Shown: in pieces, positions 30,561-39,850 of the stretch
How the letters are laid out: each line of letters begins with the position of its first letter
Position numbering within the stretch: the first letter of the stretch is position 1
Source: an uncultured Verrucomicrobiae bacterium
GTDB taxonomy: Bacteria; Verrucomicrobiota; Verrucomicrobiia; Limisphaerales; Palsa-1400
Assembly: GCA_963707025.1 (NCBI GenBank)
Contig: CAVPOM010000010.1
Span: forward strand, 128,001 to 192,000
DNA: 64,000 nucleotides
Direction of reading: 5' to 3'
Made by a program: the position numbers and the translations under genes
The notes under the pieces: model-generated
The model's database searches: none
What the model was told of the DNA's origin: nothing
Seen by the model: only the letters and a program-made list of their open reading frames with translations

Positions 30561-31307
30561 ATGATGACACGACGAGAAGCCATTCAGAAAACCATCTTTG
30601 CCACCGCCGCTTTTTCGGCCGGCGCCATGGCCGCCCAAACCCGGCCCGCCATGATGCCGCCGCCTCCGGCCGCCGGGCCTGCCGGCCCGTTCACGTTGCC
30701 GCCCCTGCCCTACCCTTACGATGCGCTGGAGCCGCACATTGACGCACAAACCATGCAAATTCATCACGACAAACATCATGGCGCTTATGTGGCCAATTTG
30801 AACAAGGCCGTGGCGGGGCATCCGGATCTGGCCGGCAAAAGCGTGGCGGAACTGGTGCGCGGCCTGGACACCTTGCCGGCGGACATCCGCACCGCCGTGC
30901 GCAACAACGGGGGCGGACACCTCAACCATTCGGCCTTCTGGCTGATGATGAAGAAGAACGGCGGCGGCCAGCCCAAGGGGGAGCTGGCGGCGGCGATGGA
31001 GAGGGACTTCGGCGGCTTTGACAAATTCAAGGCGGCCTTTACCGACGCGGCCATGAAGGTGTTCGGCAGCGGCTGGGCGTGGCTGAGTGTGGCGGGGCAA
31101 ACCGCGGCGGGCGCCCCCAGGACCCTCAAGATCGAATCCACGCCCAACCAGGACTCCGTGATCACGGCGGGGAGAGTTCCGCTGCTGGGGATTGATGTGT
31201 GGGAGCATGCTTACTACTTGAAATACCATAACGTCCGCGCCGACTACGTGGCGGCGTTCTTCAACGTGATTGATTGGGACAAAGTGGGCAGCGATTACAA
31301 GGGTTAG
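30561..31307 (+). CDS. Fe/Mn superoxide dismutase with Tat-like signal
   Basis: TRREAI leader; [36 protein letters not shown]. Confidence 0.95.
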   Translation: MMTRREAIQKTIFATAAFSAGAMAAQTRPAMMPPPPAAGPAGPFTLPPLPYPYDALEPHIDAQTMQIHHDKHHGAYVANLNKAVAGHPDLAGKSVAELVRGLDTLPADIRTAVRNNGGGHLNHSAFWLMMKKNGGGQPKGELAAAMERDFGGFDKFKAAFTDAAMKVFGSGWAWLSVAGQTAAGAPRTLKIESTPNQDSVITAGRVPLLGIDVWEHAYYLKYHNVRADYVAAFFNVIDWDKVGSDYKG

Positions 31308-31333
31308 CCCGGGCTTGCCATGCCTGAGCGGTT

Positions 31334-31432
31334 GTAGGGCGGGCAGTCCTCTGCCCGCCGTCGGACATTGGCACACGAACCGACGCCACACTGCTGCGGT
31401 CCTGCGGCGGGCAGGGGACTGCCCGCCCTACC
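31334..31432. repeat. GTAG-type REP doublet
   Basis: GTAGGGCGGGCAGTCCTCTGCCCGCCG and its inverse; same family as 19636. Confidence 0.8.
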
Positions 31433-31550
31433 GCGCAGGATCGGTGCATCGCAATACGTTAGATTCGTGGCGGCAGGGGTGGGTTTTGGCTCGGAGGTAT
31501 TGGTCCTTCCATTGAACCTTTTGTTGCGCGGGGCATTCTACTGGATGTAA

Positions 31551-32105
31551 ATGCTGGTAGTGGCTGAACGCGAACAATTGCCGGTGGAGCAGGCCAAAGC
31601 CGGGGAAGCGGAGGCTTGGAGCGTTCTGTTTCGGCGCTACCAACTGCCTTTGTATGTTTATGTCTTTGAGCTGGTCCGCGACGAGCAAACGAGTCTGGAC
31701 ATCGTCCAGGAAACTTTCATTGCCGCCGTCCGCCACATCGGCAGCCTGCGGGACGAGGCCAAGTTCGGCGGCTGGCTTTTCGGCATCGCCCACCAAAAAT
31801 GCGCGCAGTTGTGGCGCCAGCAGCACCGCGCGGCGGCCTGGCGGGAGGAAATCGCGCAATCCACTCCCGATCTGGACGACGGCCCCGACGAATTGCTCAT
31901 TCGGCGCGAAGAGGAGGAGGAGTTTATGAGCCTGATCAACCAACTTCCGCCCCCGCAACGCTCGGTGTTGCTGCTCCATTTTGTGGAGGATTTTTCGCTG
32001 GAACAAATCGCCGAAATCTCCGCCGCGCCCCTGGGCACGGTCAAGTCGCGCCTGCATTACGCCAAAAGCGCGCTGCGCAATCTGCTGGAGGAAAATCGTG
32101 AATGA
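31551..32105 (+). CDS. ECF RNA polymerase sigma factor
   Basis: DIVQETF, FGGWLFGIA, EQIAEI..PLGTVKSRLHYA. Confidence 0.92.
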   Translation: MLVVAEREQLPVEQAKAGEAEAWSVLFRRYQLPLYVYVFELVRDEQTSLDIVQETFIAAVRHIGSLRDEAKFGGWLFGIAHQKCAQLWRQQHRAAAWREEIAQSTPDLDDGPDELLIRREEEEEFMSLINQLPPPQRSVLLLHFVEDFSLEQIAEISAAPLGTVKSRLHYAKSALRNLLEENRE

Positions 32106-32491
32106 AAACGCCCCGGGAAATTTTGCTGCAACACCATCAAGCGGCCGCGCCGAAACTGGACGCCATCCGGGCCGGGGTGGTCGCCGGACTGGCCCGCCCG
32201 CCGGCGCGGGAGACGGTTTCGTGGCGGGATTTGGCGTGGTCGTTGCGCTGGCATCTCACCGCCATGAGCGCGGCCTGGGTGGTGGCGGGGATTCTGAACA
32301 TGGATTCTTCGCCCAGCGCGGTGGCGAAGATTCCGCGCGACAAAATTCCCGCGGCGCAACAGCTTTGGGCGTCGTTGCGGGAGAACCGCCGGCTGCTCCT
32401 GGAATACAGCGACGCGCCGGTGGTGGAAGCGGCGGCGGCGCCGGCGCCGGGACGCCGGAGTGAAATAGCCACAGAACAAGCGGTGGTTTAA
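32102..32491 (+). CDS. Putative membrane anti-sigma factor
   Basis: ATGA coupling to the ECF gene; single TM. Confidence 0.6.
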   Translation: MKTPREILLQHHQAAAPKLDAIRAGVVAGLARPPARETVSWRDLAWSLRWHLTAMSAAWVVAGILNMDSSPSAVAKIPRDKIPAAQQLWASLRENRRLLLEYSDAPVVEAAAAPAPGRRSEIATEQAVV

Positions 32492-32500
32492 GGGAAGAGC

Positions 32501-32630
32501 TAGGGCGGTTTGAGAAATGGTGTAGCCCTAAATGAGGATGGTAGGGCACGCACTCCGTGCGCGCCGCGGCGGGCAACGGAGTGCCCGCCCTACCGCGTAA
32601 TGCGGCTACAGTATTTGTGAAACCGCTCTA
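32501..32630. mobile_element. MITE-like element with internal REP doublet
   Basis: Ends TAGGGCGGTTT...AAACCGCTCTA; related copy at 43256-43390. Confidence 0.7.
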
Positions 32631-32702
32631 TTGGAGTGATGGAGTAATGGAGTGATGGAGAGCGGGGAAGTGAAATCGCGGTGAAACTAATGGAGGTATA
32701 AC

Positions 32703-34382
32703 ATGAATGATCAACCTAAAACAGAGTCTTCGATTTGGGAGCGCAGCAACATTATTCGAACTTCCCGCTGGCTGTGGAGCTGGCGCGGAATTCGGCGCAT
32801 ACTGATTGTGCTGGCCTGGGCCGTGACGATCATCGGTCTGTTTTACGGCGAGGAAAACTGGCGCGGGCGGCACGCCTGGAACCAGTATCGGCAGGCCGCC
32901 GCCGCGCGCGGATTGTCGCTGGATTGGAGCACTTACATTCCAAAACCGGTGCCGGATGACCAGAATTTCGCCGCGATACCGTTCCTCAAAACATTTTTTC
33001 AAACCAACGACAACGGTGTCATACTGACGAATGACCTCTGGTACCGCGCTTGCGACCATATTTCCGAGACCAACATCGCGAAAGACAAGGGCCATCGTCA
33101 TATTACCGATCTGGTGGCGTGGCGACAGGCGGCCGTGGCGCTGCAAAGCGGCCCGTTGAAGCGCGGCCAGGACTTTGAGACGGATATAACCGACCTGGCG
33201 GCGCGAGCGGCGGTGGCGCTGGCATTTCTGGAAGGCATGAAACCCGACGCGGCGGTGTTTGCGGAACTGCGCGCCGCCAGCAGCCGGGAGTATTCGCGTT
33301 ATGCGGTGGTTTATGACCTGGACAATCCGTGGATGATTTTGCTGCCGCATCTGGCCAAGATCAAGCAGACCGTGATGCGCCTGGAACTGGAGGCTTGCGC
33401 GGAACTGGCGGCGGGGCAGAGCGACCAGGCGCTGGCCGATGTGAAACTGATGCTGGCCCTGGCCGACTCCATTAAATCGGAACCGTTTTTAATCTCATAT
33501 CTGGTGCGCGTGGCGTGCGTCCAGATTACTCTTCAACCGGTTTGGGAGGGACTGGCCGAGCATCGCTGGACCGACGCCCAATTGCAGGAACTCCAGGCGC
33601 GTTTCTTGTCTTATGATCTTCTGGCCGACATGGAACAGTCTCTCAATGTGGAACGGGCGGTCGGAACTCTCACCGCGGATTTTGTCTCGAAGAAGGGAAT
33701 TACCTATGTGGCCGACACTTGGTCTTCCGATAACAATCAGGACCCGTTCACCAAGGTGATTTTCTACCTGATCGGCAAGGCCATGCCCTCCGGATGGTAT
33801 GACCGCGAAAAACTGAATTACAACCAGCTCTTTGACGCGCAGTTCGACGGGGTCGTGGACCTGGCTGCCAAAACCGTTTCTCCCCGCAAGGCGGCATTGG
33901 ATGCGGACGCGGTGGGCCGCCAAATATATGGCAAATACTGGCCGTCCCCTGCTGTGAACGCCCACCGATTTTTCGAGTTGGACCGCCAAGTCGGTGGCGA
34001 AGCTTCGGGAGTCGGGCCAATCAAAACCATTCTGTCCCACCGCCTTATCGCCAAGATGCTGCTGCCGGCCCTTAGAAATGTTCACACTAAATCCGCCGCC
34101 GCCCAAACCGCCGCCGACCAGGCCGCGCTGGCCTGCGCCCTGGAACGCTACCGCCTGGCCCATGGACAATTCCCCGAATCACTCGCCGCGCTGACGCCGC
34201 GGTTTATGGCCCGCGCGCCCAATGACGTGATTACCGGCCAGCCTTTCAAGTATCGCCGCACGGATGACGGGCAATTTATACTTTACTCCGTCGGCTGGGA
34301 CGAAAAGGACGACGGCGGTGTGCCCGGCAGAACCTTGTTCGATCTGCAAGGCGACTGGGTCTGGTCGTATCCGGGAAGATGA
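32703..34382 (+). CDS. Membrane-anchored hypothetical protein
   Basis: GGAGG SD; N-terminal TM; pilin-like tail ACALERYRLAHGQFPESL...LYSVGWDEKDDGG. Confidence 0.8.
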   Translation: MNDQPKTESSIWERSNIIRTSRWLWSWRGIRRILIVLAWAVTIIGLFYGEENWRGRHAWNQYRQAAAARGLSLDWSTYIPKPVPDDQNFAAIPFLKTFFQTNDNGVILTNDLWYRACDHISETNIAKDKGHRHITDLVAWRQAAVALQSGPLKRGQDFETDITDLAARAAVALAFLEGMKPDAAVFAELRAASSREYSRYAVVYDLDNPWMILLPHLAKIKQTVMRLELEACAELAAGQSDQALADVKLMLALADSIKSEPFLISYLVRVACVQITLQPVWEGLAEHRWTDAQLQELQARFLSYDLLADMEQSLNVERAVGTLTADFVSKKGITYVADTWSSDNNQDPFTKVIFYLIGKAMPSGWYDREKLNYNQLFDAQFDGVVDLAAKTVSPRKAALDADAVGRQIYGKYWPSPAVNAHRFFELDRQVGGEASGVGPIKTILSHRLIAKMLLPALRNVHTKSAAAQTAADQAALACALERYRLAHGQFPESLAALTPRFMARAPNDVITGQPFKYRRTDDGQFILYSVGWDEKDDGGVPGRTLFDLQGDWVWSYPGR

Positions 34383-34396
34383 TTCGGGGTGATGCG

Positions 34397-34508
34397 CGGG
34401 GTGCGCCTGTCCTCGGGCGCAGCATGGCTCGCAGGTTCGGCAGCGTTGGGCTCGGCCGGGTGCCGCGGGAGGCCGGTCGTTGCTGCGCCCGAGGACGGGC
34501 GCGCTCCG
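34397..34508. repeat. REP doublet flanking the RAYT gene
   Basis: CGGGGTGCGCCTGTCCTCGGGCGCAGCA and inverse TGCTGCGCCCGAGGACGGGCGCGCTCCG. Confidence 0.8.
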
Positions 34509-34514
34509 TCATTT

Positions 34515-35204
34515 TTAGGGAACGCACAAACGTTCATGGGCATCGCGGAATCGGGCGCTGCTCCACGGCCATTCCATCGGCGACAACACCAGCTTTGCCT
34601 TGGCAGGATTGTTCTCGATGTATCGCCTCATTTTGGACTCCTGTTCGCCGTCACGCATAAAGGTGTCCCAATAGCCCTCCTGCCAAAAGTGCCTCTTGCG
34701 TCCGAGCAGCTTGTTCGCCTCCTTGGCCGTGAAGCCTTTCCACGCATCCATCAGTTGCGACATCGGCACGTCCTGCACGAGGAAGAGCAGATGCACATGG
34801 TTCGGCATTATCACCCAGGCGCGCAGATCATATTGCACTTGGTGCCGAAACCGCAGCGAGCCTTCGACCATCGCCGCGATGTCCGCGCGCCGCAGATGAC
34901 ACGCGCCCCGTCCTTGGTCGAGATACGCCTCCAGTTCGATCCTGCGCTTACGGTCATCTTCGATTCTCAACAGCGATTCCCATTCCGAACGCAACTGCGC
35001 TGGGAAGGCGTCCGCCAACCGGAATGTGACAAACTGGACGAGACCCGGCTCGTCGCGATGAGGCAGATAACCGTTCTCATGCCAGCCGAGAAAACCGCGC
35101 TCAATCTCGTCCTTCGCCAGCGGACGCGACCATACGCGTTTGACCTCCACGAGATCGCGCACGTCCGGATTGTGGGGTGGGCTGGGTAATCGTTTGGGCT
35201 TCAT
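34515..35204 (-). CDS. REP-associated tyrosine transposase (RAYT, HUH/Y1)
   Basis: WHENGYLPH, QFVTFRLAD, WVIMPNHVHLL, FWQEGYWD, YIENNPAKA, WPWSSA. Confidence 0.9.
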   Translation of the reverse strand: MKPKRLPSPPHNPDVRDLVEVKRVWSRPLAKDEIERGFLGWHENGYLPHRDEPGLVQFVTFRLADAFPAQLRSEWESLLRIEDDRKRRIELEAYLDQGRGACHLRRADIAAMVEGSLRFRHQVQYDLRAWVIMPNHVHLLFLVQDVPMSQLMDAWKGFTAKEANKLLGRKRHFWQEGYWDTFMRDGEQESKMRRYIENNPAKAKLVLSPMEWPWSSARFRDAHERLCVP

Positions 35205-35244
35205 CCCGGCAAAGCAGAAGGCAAAGCGAGGATCCTGACAAGCC

Positions 35245-35356
35245 CGGAGTGTGACCGTCCCCGGTCGCAGCAACGTCCGTCCGTCCGAAGGCGTTGGAAA
35301 ACTCCTGGCCGGCTCGAGTGTTGCCGCTTGCTGCGCCCGGGGACGGGCGCACTCCG
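35245..35356. repeat. REP doublet flanking the RAYT gene
   Basis: CGGAGTGTGACCGTCCCCGGTCGCAGCA and inverse TGCTGCGCCCGGGGACGGGCGCACTCCG. Confidence 0.8.
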
Positions 35357-35399
35357 GCGGTGCCTCCCGCCGTGGCTGACGGGTCACGACGCGGGGGCG

Positions 35400-36776
35400 T
35401 CATCTCGCTTCGGAACCGGGGGATTCGATCCGGTAGAGACTGGTTTTGGTGCGGAGGAAGAAGGCCTTGCCGGCCACGGCGGGTGACGCCATGAAACCGT
35501 CGGCCAGGGTGTTGGTCGCCAAAACTTCGCAGGTCCGGCCGGGCTTGAGCACGGTGGTGACGCCCTCTTGATTGAAGAAATAAATCCGCCCATCGGCATA
35601 AACGGGCGAGGCCTGGTAATTGCCTGGGATGCGCTCGCTCCAGACGACTTGGCCGCTGGCCGTCTCGAAGCAGGAAATGATGCTCTCCGCCGCGGCCATG
35701 TAGAGCAGGTCGTCCACCACGATCGGGGAGGAGAATTTGCCGATGTGCGCCCTTTGCCTCCAGACGACATGGGTGCCGGTCACGTCGCCCTGGCCGTCGG
35801 TCTTGACGGCGACCAGTTCGGTGCGGCCCATGCCGCTGACGAAGAAGGCCAGGCCGCGGTCGAACACGGGCAGGGGCGCCGGGGAATAGTCGGTGTTGTG
35901 AATCTTCCAGATTTCCGCTCCGGTGCGCGGGTCATAAGCGGTGGCGGCACTGGCGTCGGCGCTGAGCAGCATGGTCTTGCCGGCGGTGGTGACGATGACC
36001 GGCGTGCTGTGCGCTTTGTGCATATCCCCTTCCTTGAGATTCTGGCCGGGGGCGGCGTGGTCGGTCCACCAGGAGGTGCGGTCGGTTTTCCAGACGGTGT
36101 GGCCGTCGCTCTTGTCCAGGGCCACCGTGTATTGGAAGTCGGCGCCGTCCATGGTGAGGATCAAGAGATTGTCGAAGAGCACCGGCGAGGAAGACGGGCC
36201 GCGGTAATGGGAGCAGGGCAGGTCCTGCCGTTGCCAGAGCACCTTGCGCGCGGCGGTGTCCAGACAGGCCGTGCCATAGCTGCCGAAGGAGACGTAAACC
36301 CGGCCCGGCTCAAGGACGGGCGAAGGGGTGGCGTAACTGTTCCTGGGGTTGCCGGCGGCGGCCGCGCCGAGCGACTCCGGCGCGTCGCAATGAAAAAGTT
36401 TTTCGTTGCAGAGGATTTTTCCCGTGGCCGCCTCCACGCAGAGAACGAAGAAGTCATGGCCATCCTCGGTGGCGGTGGTCAGCCAGACCTGGCCGCCCAG
36501 GACGGCCGGGGTGGACCAGCCGCAGTAGGGAATGGGGGTTTTCCAGCGGACGTTTTCGGTTTCGCTCCAATGTAACGGGAGGCCAAGCGGCTGGGTGTCA
36601 CCCGGGGCGGAGACATGCCCGTTGCTCCACGGTCCCCGGAACCCGGGCCAGTCCCCTCCGGCTGCCGGCGCGGCGGCGGCCAGGACGGCCAGGCTCAAGC
36701 CGGCCAGGAGCGCGCTCTTGTTGACAAAGTTGCCTGTTTTACGGCCAAGGCAACGCGGGTGTGTCTTTGGGCACAT
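35400..36776 (-). CDS. PQQ-like beta-propeller repeat protein
   Basis: DWPGFRGP, WSETENVRWKT, SSPV, ASPV; start uncertain. Confidence 0.88.
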   Translation of the reverse strand: MCPKTHPRCLGRKTGNFVNKSALLAGLSLAVLAAAAPAAGGDWPGFRGPWSNGHVSAPGDTQPLGLPLHWSETENVRWKTPIPYCGWSTPAVLGGQVWLTTATEDGHDFFVLCVEAATGKILCNEKLFHCDAPESLGAAAAGNPRNSYATPSPVLEPGRVYVSFGSYGTACLDTAARKVLWQRQDLPCSHYRGPSSSPVLFDNLLILTMDGADFQYTVALDKSDGHTVWKTDRTSWWTDHAAPGQNLKEGDMHKAHSTPVIVTTAGKTMLLSADASAATAYDPRTGAEIWKIHNTDYSPAPLPVFDRGLAFFVSGMGRTELVAVKTDGQGDVTGTHVVWRQRAHIGKFSSPIVVDDLLYMAAAESIISCFETASGQVVWSERIPGNYQASPVYADGRIYFFNQEGVTTVLKPGRTCEVLATNTLADGFMASPAVAGKAFFLRTKTSLYRIESPGSEAR

Positions 36777-36912
36777 GCCGCAAACCTGACACGGCTGGAG
36801 ACGCAAGTCAAAGAATCAGATTGTTTTTGCTTGCGGTGGCTCTGGAAAAGTTCCAGCGTTGCCGCCATCCATGAAAGCGGCGCTCCAACTGCAAAAACCG
36901 AACAAAGAATAT

Positions 36913-37590
36913 ATGCGCAAGACAAAACAGACGATGCCGCGGTGCGGCGGGCTTATCATTTCAGCGCTGGCGGGTTTGCTGCTGGCGGGCTGCCAATCCC
37001 CTACCCCACCCGCTCCGGCTCCGCAGCCGCCAGCCATGCCAGCCGCCGCCGCCCCTGTCGCCGCGCCCGCTCCTGTGGCCGCGCCCGCGCCCGTCGCCGC
37101 AGCCGCGCCCGCGCTGGCCGATTCAACCAAACCGCAGGCGATTGTTCGCATCAAAGCCGGCGCCACCGCGCCGATGAAGGATGCGGAAGGCAATAACTGG
37201 CTGGCCGACCAGGGCTTCGCGGACGGGGACACGATCGAGCGCGCCGGCGACCTGAAAATTCAAAACACGACAACCCCGGCGCTCTATTTGACGGAACATT
37301 ACGGCATGACTTCGTTTTCCTACCCGGTTCGCAACGGCAAATATGTAGTCAAACTCCATTTCGCCGAGACCTACGAGGACATTTCCGGGCCGGGCCAGCG
37401 GGTTTTTTCGTTCAACGTGCAGGGGCATGAGTTTAAAGACGTGGACATCTGGGTCAAAGCCGGCGGCGGATTGCGCGCCTGCGTGGAAAGCGTGCCGGTG
37501 GAAGTCACGACGGGCAAGGTGCAGATCACCTTCGCGCCCAATGTGCAAAACCCCGAGATCAACGGTATTGAGATCATTCCGCAACCTTGA
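36913..37590 (+). CDS. Malectin-domain lipoprotein
   Basis: LLAGC lipobox, Pro/Ala linker, NGKYVVKLHFAETY..GQRVFS. Confidence 0.88.
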   Translation: MRKTKQTMPRCGGLIISALAGLLLAGCQSPTPPAPAPQPPAMPAAAAPVAAPAPVAAPAPVAAAAPALADSTKPQAIVRIKAGATAPMKDAEGNNWLADQGFADGDTIERAGDLKIQNTTTPALYLTEHYGMTSFSYPVRNGKYVVKLHFAETYEDISGPGQRVFSFNVQGHEFKDVDIWVKAGGGLRACVESVPVEVTTGKVQITFAPNVQNPEINGIEIIPQP

Positions 37591-37714
37591 GGGGGGCGCG
37601 GCGAGTAATGCGCAAGTAATGGGTGGGCCGGGAAAGGCAGGGGCCCGGAAGGCCGGGACTGCCCGCCCTACCAATCATCACTGAGGCATTATCCGGGGCG
37701 CAGTCGGAAGGGCG

Positions 37715-39850
37715 TCAGGAGGCGGCACAGGCCTCTGTGACCGGCGACGGGCAGGGGCGGGATTCAACTGGCGGCGGGCTGCCGTTACCATTAACCCTGG
37801 CCGGGGCGTCGAGACATTCGCGCACGAATTGTGAGAGTTTGCCAATGGAGTAGGGCTTGGGCAGGAAATTGCGCTGTTCCAAAAGGGAAGCGTCCTTGCC
37901 CGCCATGCCGGGACTGTAGCCGCTGGTGTAAATGACCTTGAGGCGGGGACACAGGCTGGAGAGACGTTCGGCCAGCTCGCTGCCCATGATGCCTCCCGGC
38001 ATGACCATGTCCGTCAGCAGCAGATCCACCGGACGGTCGGCGCGCGCCCACACATCCAGGGCATCCCGGCCGGAGGCAGCCTCCAGCACGTTGTAACCCT
38101 GGACCTTGAGCACGTTGACCACCATCTGGCGCAAGTCTTCTTCATCTTCGGCCACCAGCACGGTTTCCCGGCCGCTGCGCAGGGCGGTATCCACCACCGG
38201 CACCGTTTTCTCGGCTGGTTGCAGGCTGGCCGGAAAATAGACGCGGAAGGTGGTGCCGTGGTTGGGTTTGCTGTCCACCTCCAGCCAGGCCTTGTGCTGG
38301 CGGACAATGCCGAACACCGTGGACAAGCCCAGCCCGGTGCCCTTGCCGACCGGTTTGGTGGTGAAGAAAGGCTCAAAGATCCGGGTCAGAACCTGCGTGT
38401 CCATGCCGACGCCGCTGTCGCTGAAGGTCAGGCAAACATAGTCCCCGTCCCGGGGTTCGGGGTCCATGGGAGTGGGAGCGCGGTGAATGGTCTGGAGCGA
38501 GGTGGCGATGGAAACCTGGCCGCCATCGGGCATGGCATCCCGGGCGTTGACCGCCAGGTTCATGGCGATTTGTTCGACCATGCTGCAGTCGGCGTGGATG
38601 GCGGGAATGGGGTTCTGGGGATGAAAGTGGATTTGCACATGCTCCCCCACCAGCCGTTCCAGCATGATGATGGCGTTGTGCAGGATGTCGTTGAGGTCCA
38701 GATGCCGGAATTGCATCACCTGCTTGCGGCTGAACATGAGCAATTGGCGGATGAGCGTGGCGGCGCGGGCGGTCGCGCCGGTGATCTGGTCCAGCGATTC
38801 CTTCTGCGGACTGTCGGGCGCCAAGCCCTGCTGCATCAGGCCGGCGTGCCCTTGGACGACGGTGAGGATATTGTTGAAATCGTGGGCCACGCCGGCGGCC
38901 AACTGGCCGATGGCCTCCATCTTCTGGGCCTGGCGAAGTTGGCGCTCCAACAAAGTCCGCTCGGAGATGTCCTGGGCCAGGAGCAGCACATGAGGCTGGC
39001 CGCCCAGGGAGATGGGGGACAGGGACACCAGCATCTCGAGCAAAACGCCTTCCCGGTTGCGGAGGCTGGCCTTCTGATCCCGCACCAGCTTCTGCCGCAA
39101 CAAATCTTCATACCAGGGCACGACCAACGCGGGTCTTTCCCACAGGGACAACTCGGCCGGGGTGCGGCCGATCATCTCCTGGCGCTGGCAACCGGCGATT
39201 TCGGCCAGGCGCTGATTGACATCCACGAAGCGCTGATCGGGCAGGTGTTGGATGGCGCTGGGAAGCGGGCTTTCGTGAAAGGCCTTGGAGAATCGCTCCT
39301 CGGACCTGGCCAGCGATTCGTTGGCCTGGGCCAGTTCGGCGATCTGCAAGCGCGCCTGGAAGTTGAGCATCCACTTTTTGGTCAGGGCGTGGGCCATTTG
39401 CCGCACTTCGATGTTGTCGAACGGCTTCTTCAGGACGAGCAGGTTATCGGGCTGGCCGACTCTGGCCCGCATTTCTTCCCATGAATAATCAGCGTAGGCG
39501 GTGCAGACGACAACCTGGAGTTCGGGATCCGCCTTCCAGATGCGGGCAATGGTTTCAATGCCATCCCAGCCGGGCGGCATGCGCACGTCCACGAAGGCCA
39601 GGGCGTAAGGCCGGTTGTCCGCCAGCGCCTGCTGCACCATCTCCAAGGCGTCCTGGCCTTGGTAAGCGGAGTCCAACTGGAAACTCATCGGGTCGGACTG
39701 GTCCTCGTCGAACAGCACCGCTTCCAAGGCATTGGCGGCGGTCTCGCCGGAGTTGTCCGGGCAGAGGATCTCGCGGAAGTCGTTGTGGATGCTCGCGGTG
39801 TCGTCCACGATCAGGATGCGGCGGTTGGGTCTGAGTTCTGTGCTTCTCAC
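37715..39850 (-). CDS. Hybrid histidine kinase (REC-PAS-HK-REC)
   Basis: ILIVDD, DVRMPPG, AHDFNNIL, FEPFFTTK..GTGLGL, LLTDMVMP. Confidence 0.93.
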   Translation of the reverse strand: MRSTELRPNRRILIVDDTASIHNDFREILCPDNSGETAANALEAVLFDEDQSDPMSFQLDSAYQGQDALEMVQQALADNRPYALAFVDVRMPPGWDGIETIARIWKADPELQVVVCTAYADYSWEEMRARVGQPDNLLVLKKPFDNIEVRQMAHALTKKWMLNFQARLQIAELAQANESLARSEERFSKAFHESPLPSAIQHLPDQRFVDVNQRLAEIAGCQRQEMIGRTPAELSLWERPALVVPWYEDLLRQKLVRDQKASLRNREGVLLEMLVSLSPISLGGQPHVLLLAQDISERTLLERQLRQAQKMEAIGQLAAGVAHDFNNILTVVQGHAGLMQQGLAPDSPQKESLDQITGATARAATLIRQLLMFSRKQVMQFRHLDLNDILHNAIIMLERLVGEHVQIHFHPQNPIPAIHADCSMVEQIAMNLAVNARDAMPDGGQVSIATSLQTIHRAPTPMDPEPRDGDYVCLTFSDSGVGMDTQVLTRIFEPFFTTKPVGKGTGLGLSTVFGIVRQHKAWLEVDSKPNHGTTFRVYFPASLQPAEKTVPVVDTALRSGRETVLVAEDEEDLRQMVVNVLKVQGYNVLEAASGRDALDVWARADRPVDLLLTDMVMPGGIMGSELAERLSSLCPRLKVIYTSGYSPGMAGKDASLLEQRNFLPKPYSIGKLSQFVRECLDAPARVNGNGSPPPVESRPCPSPVTEACAAS

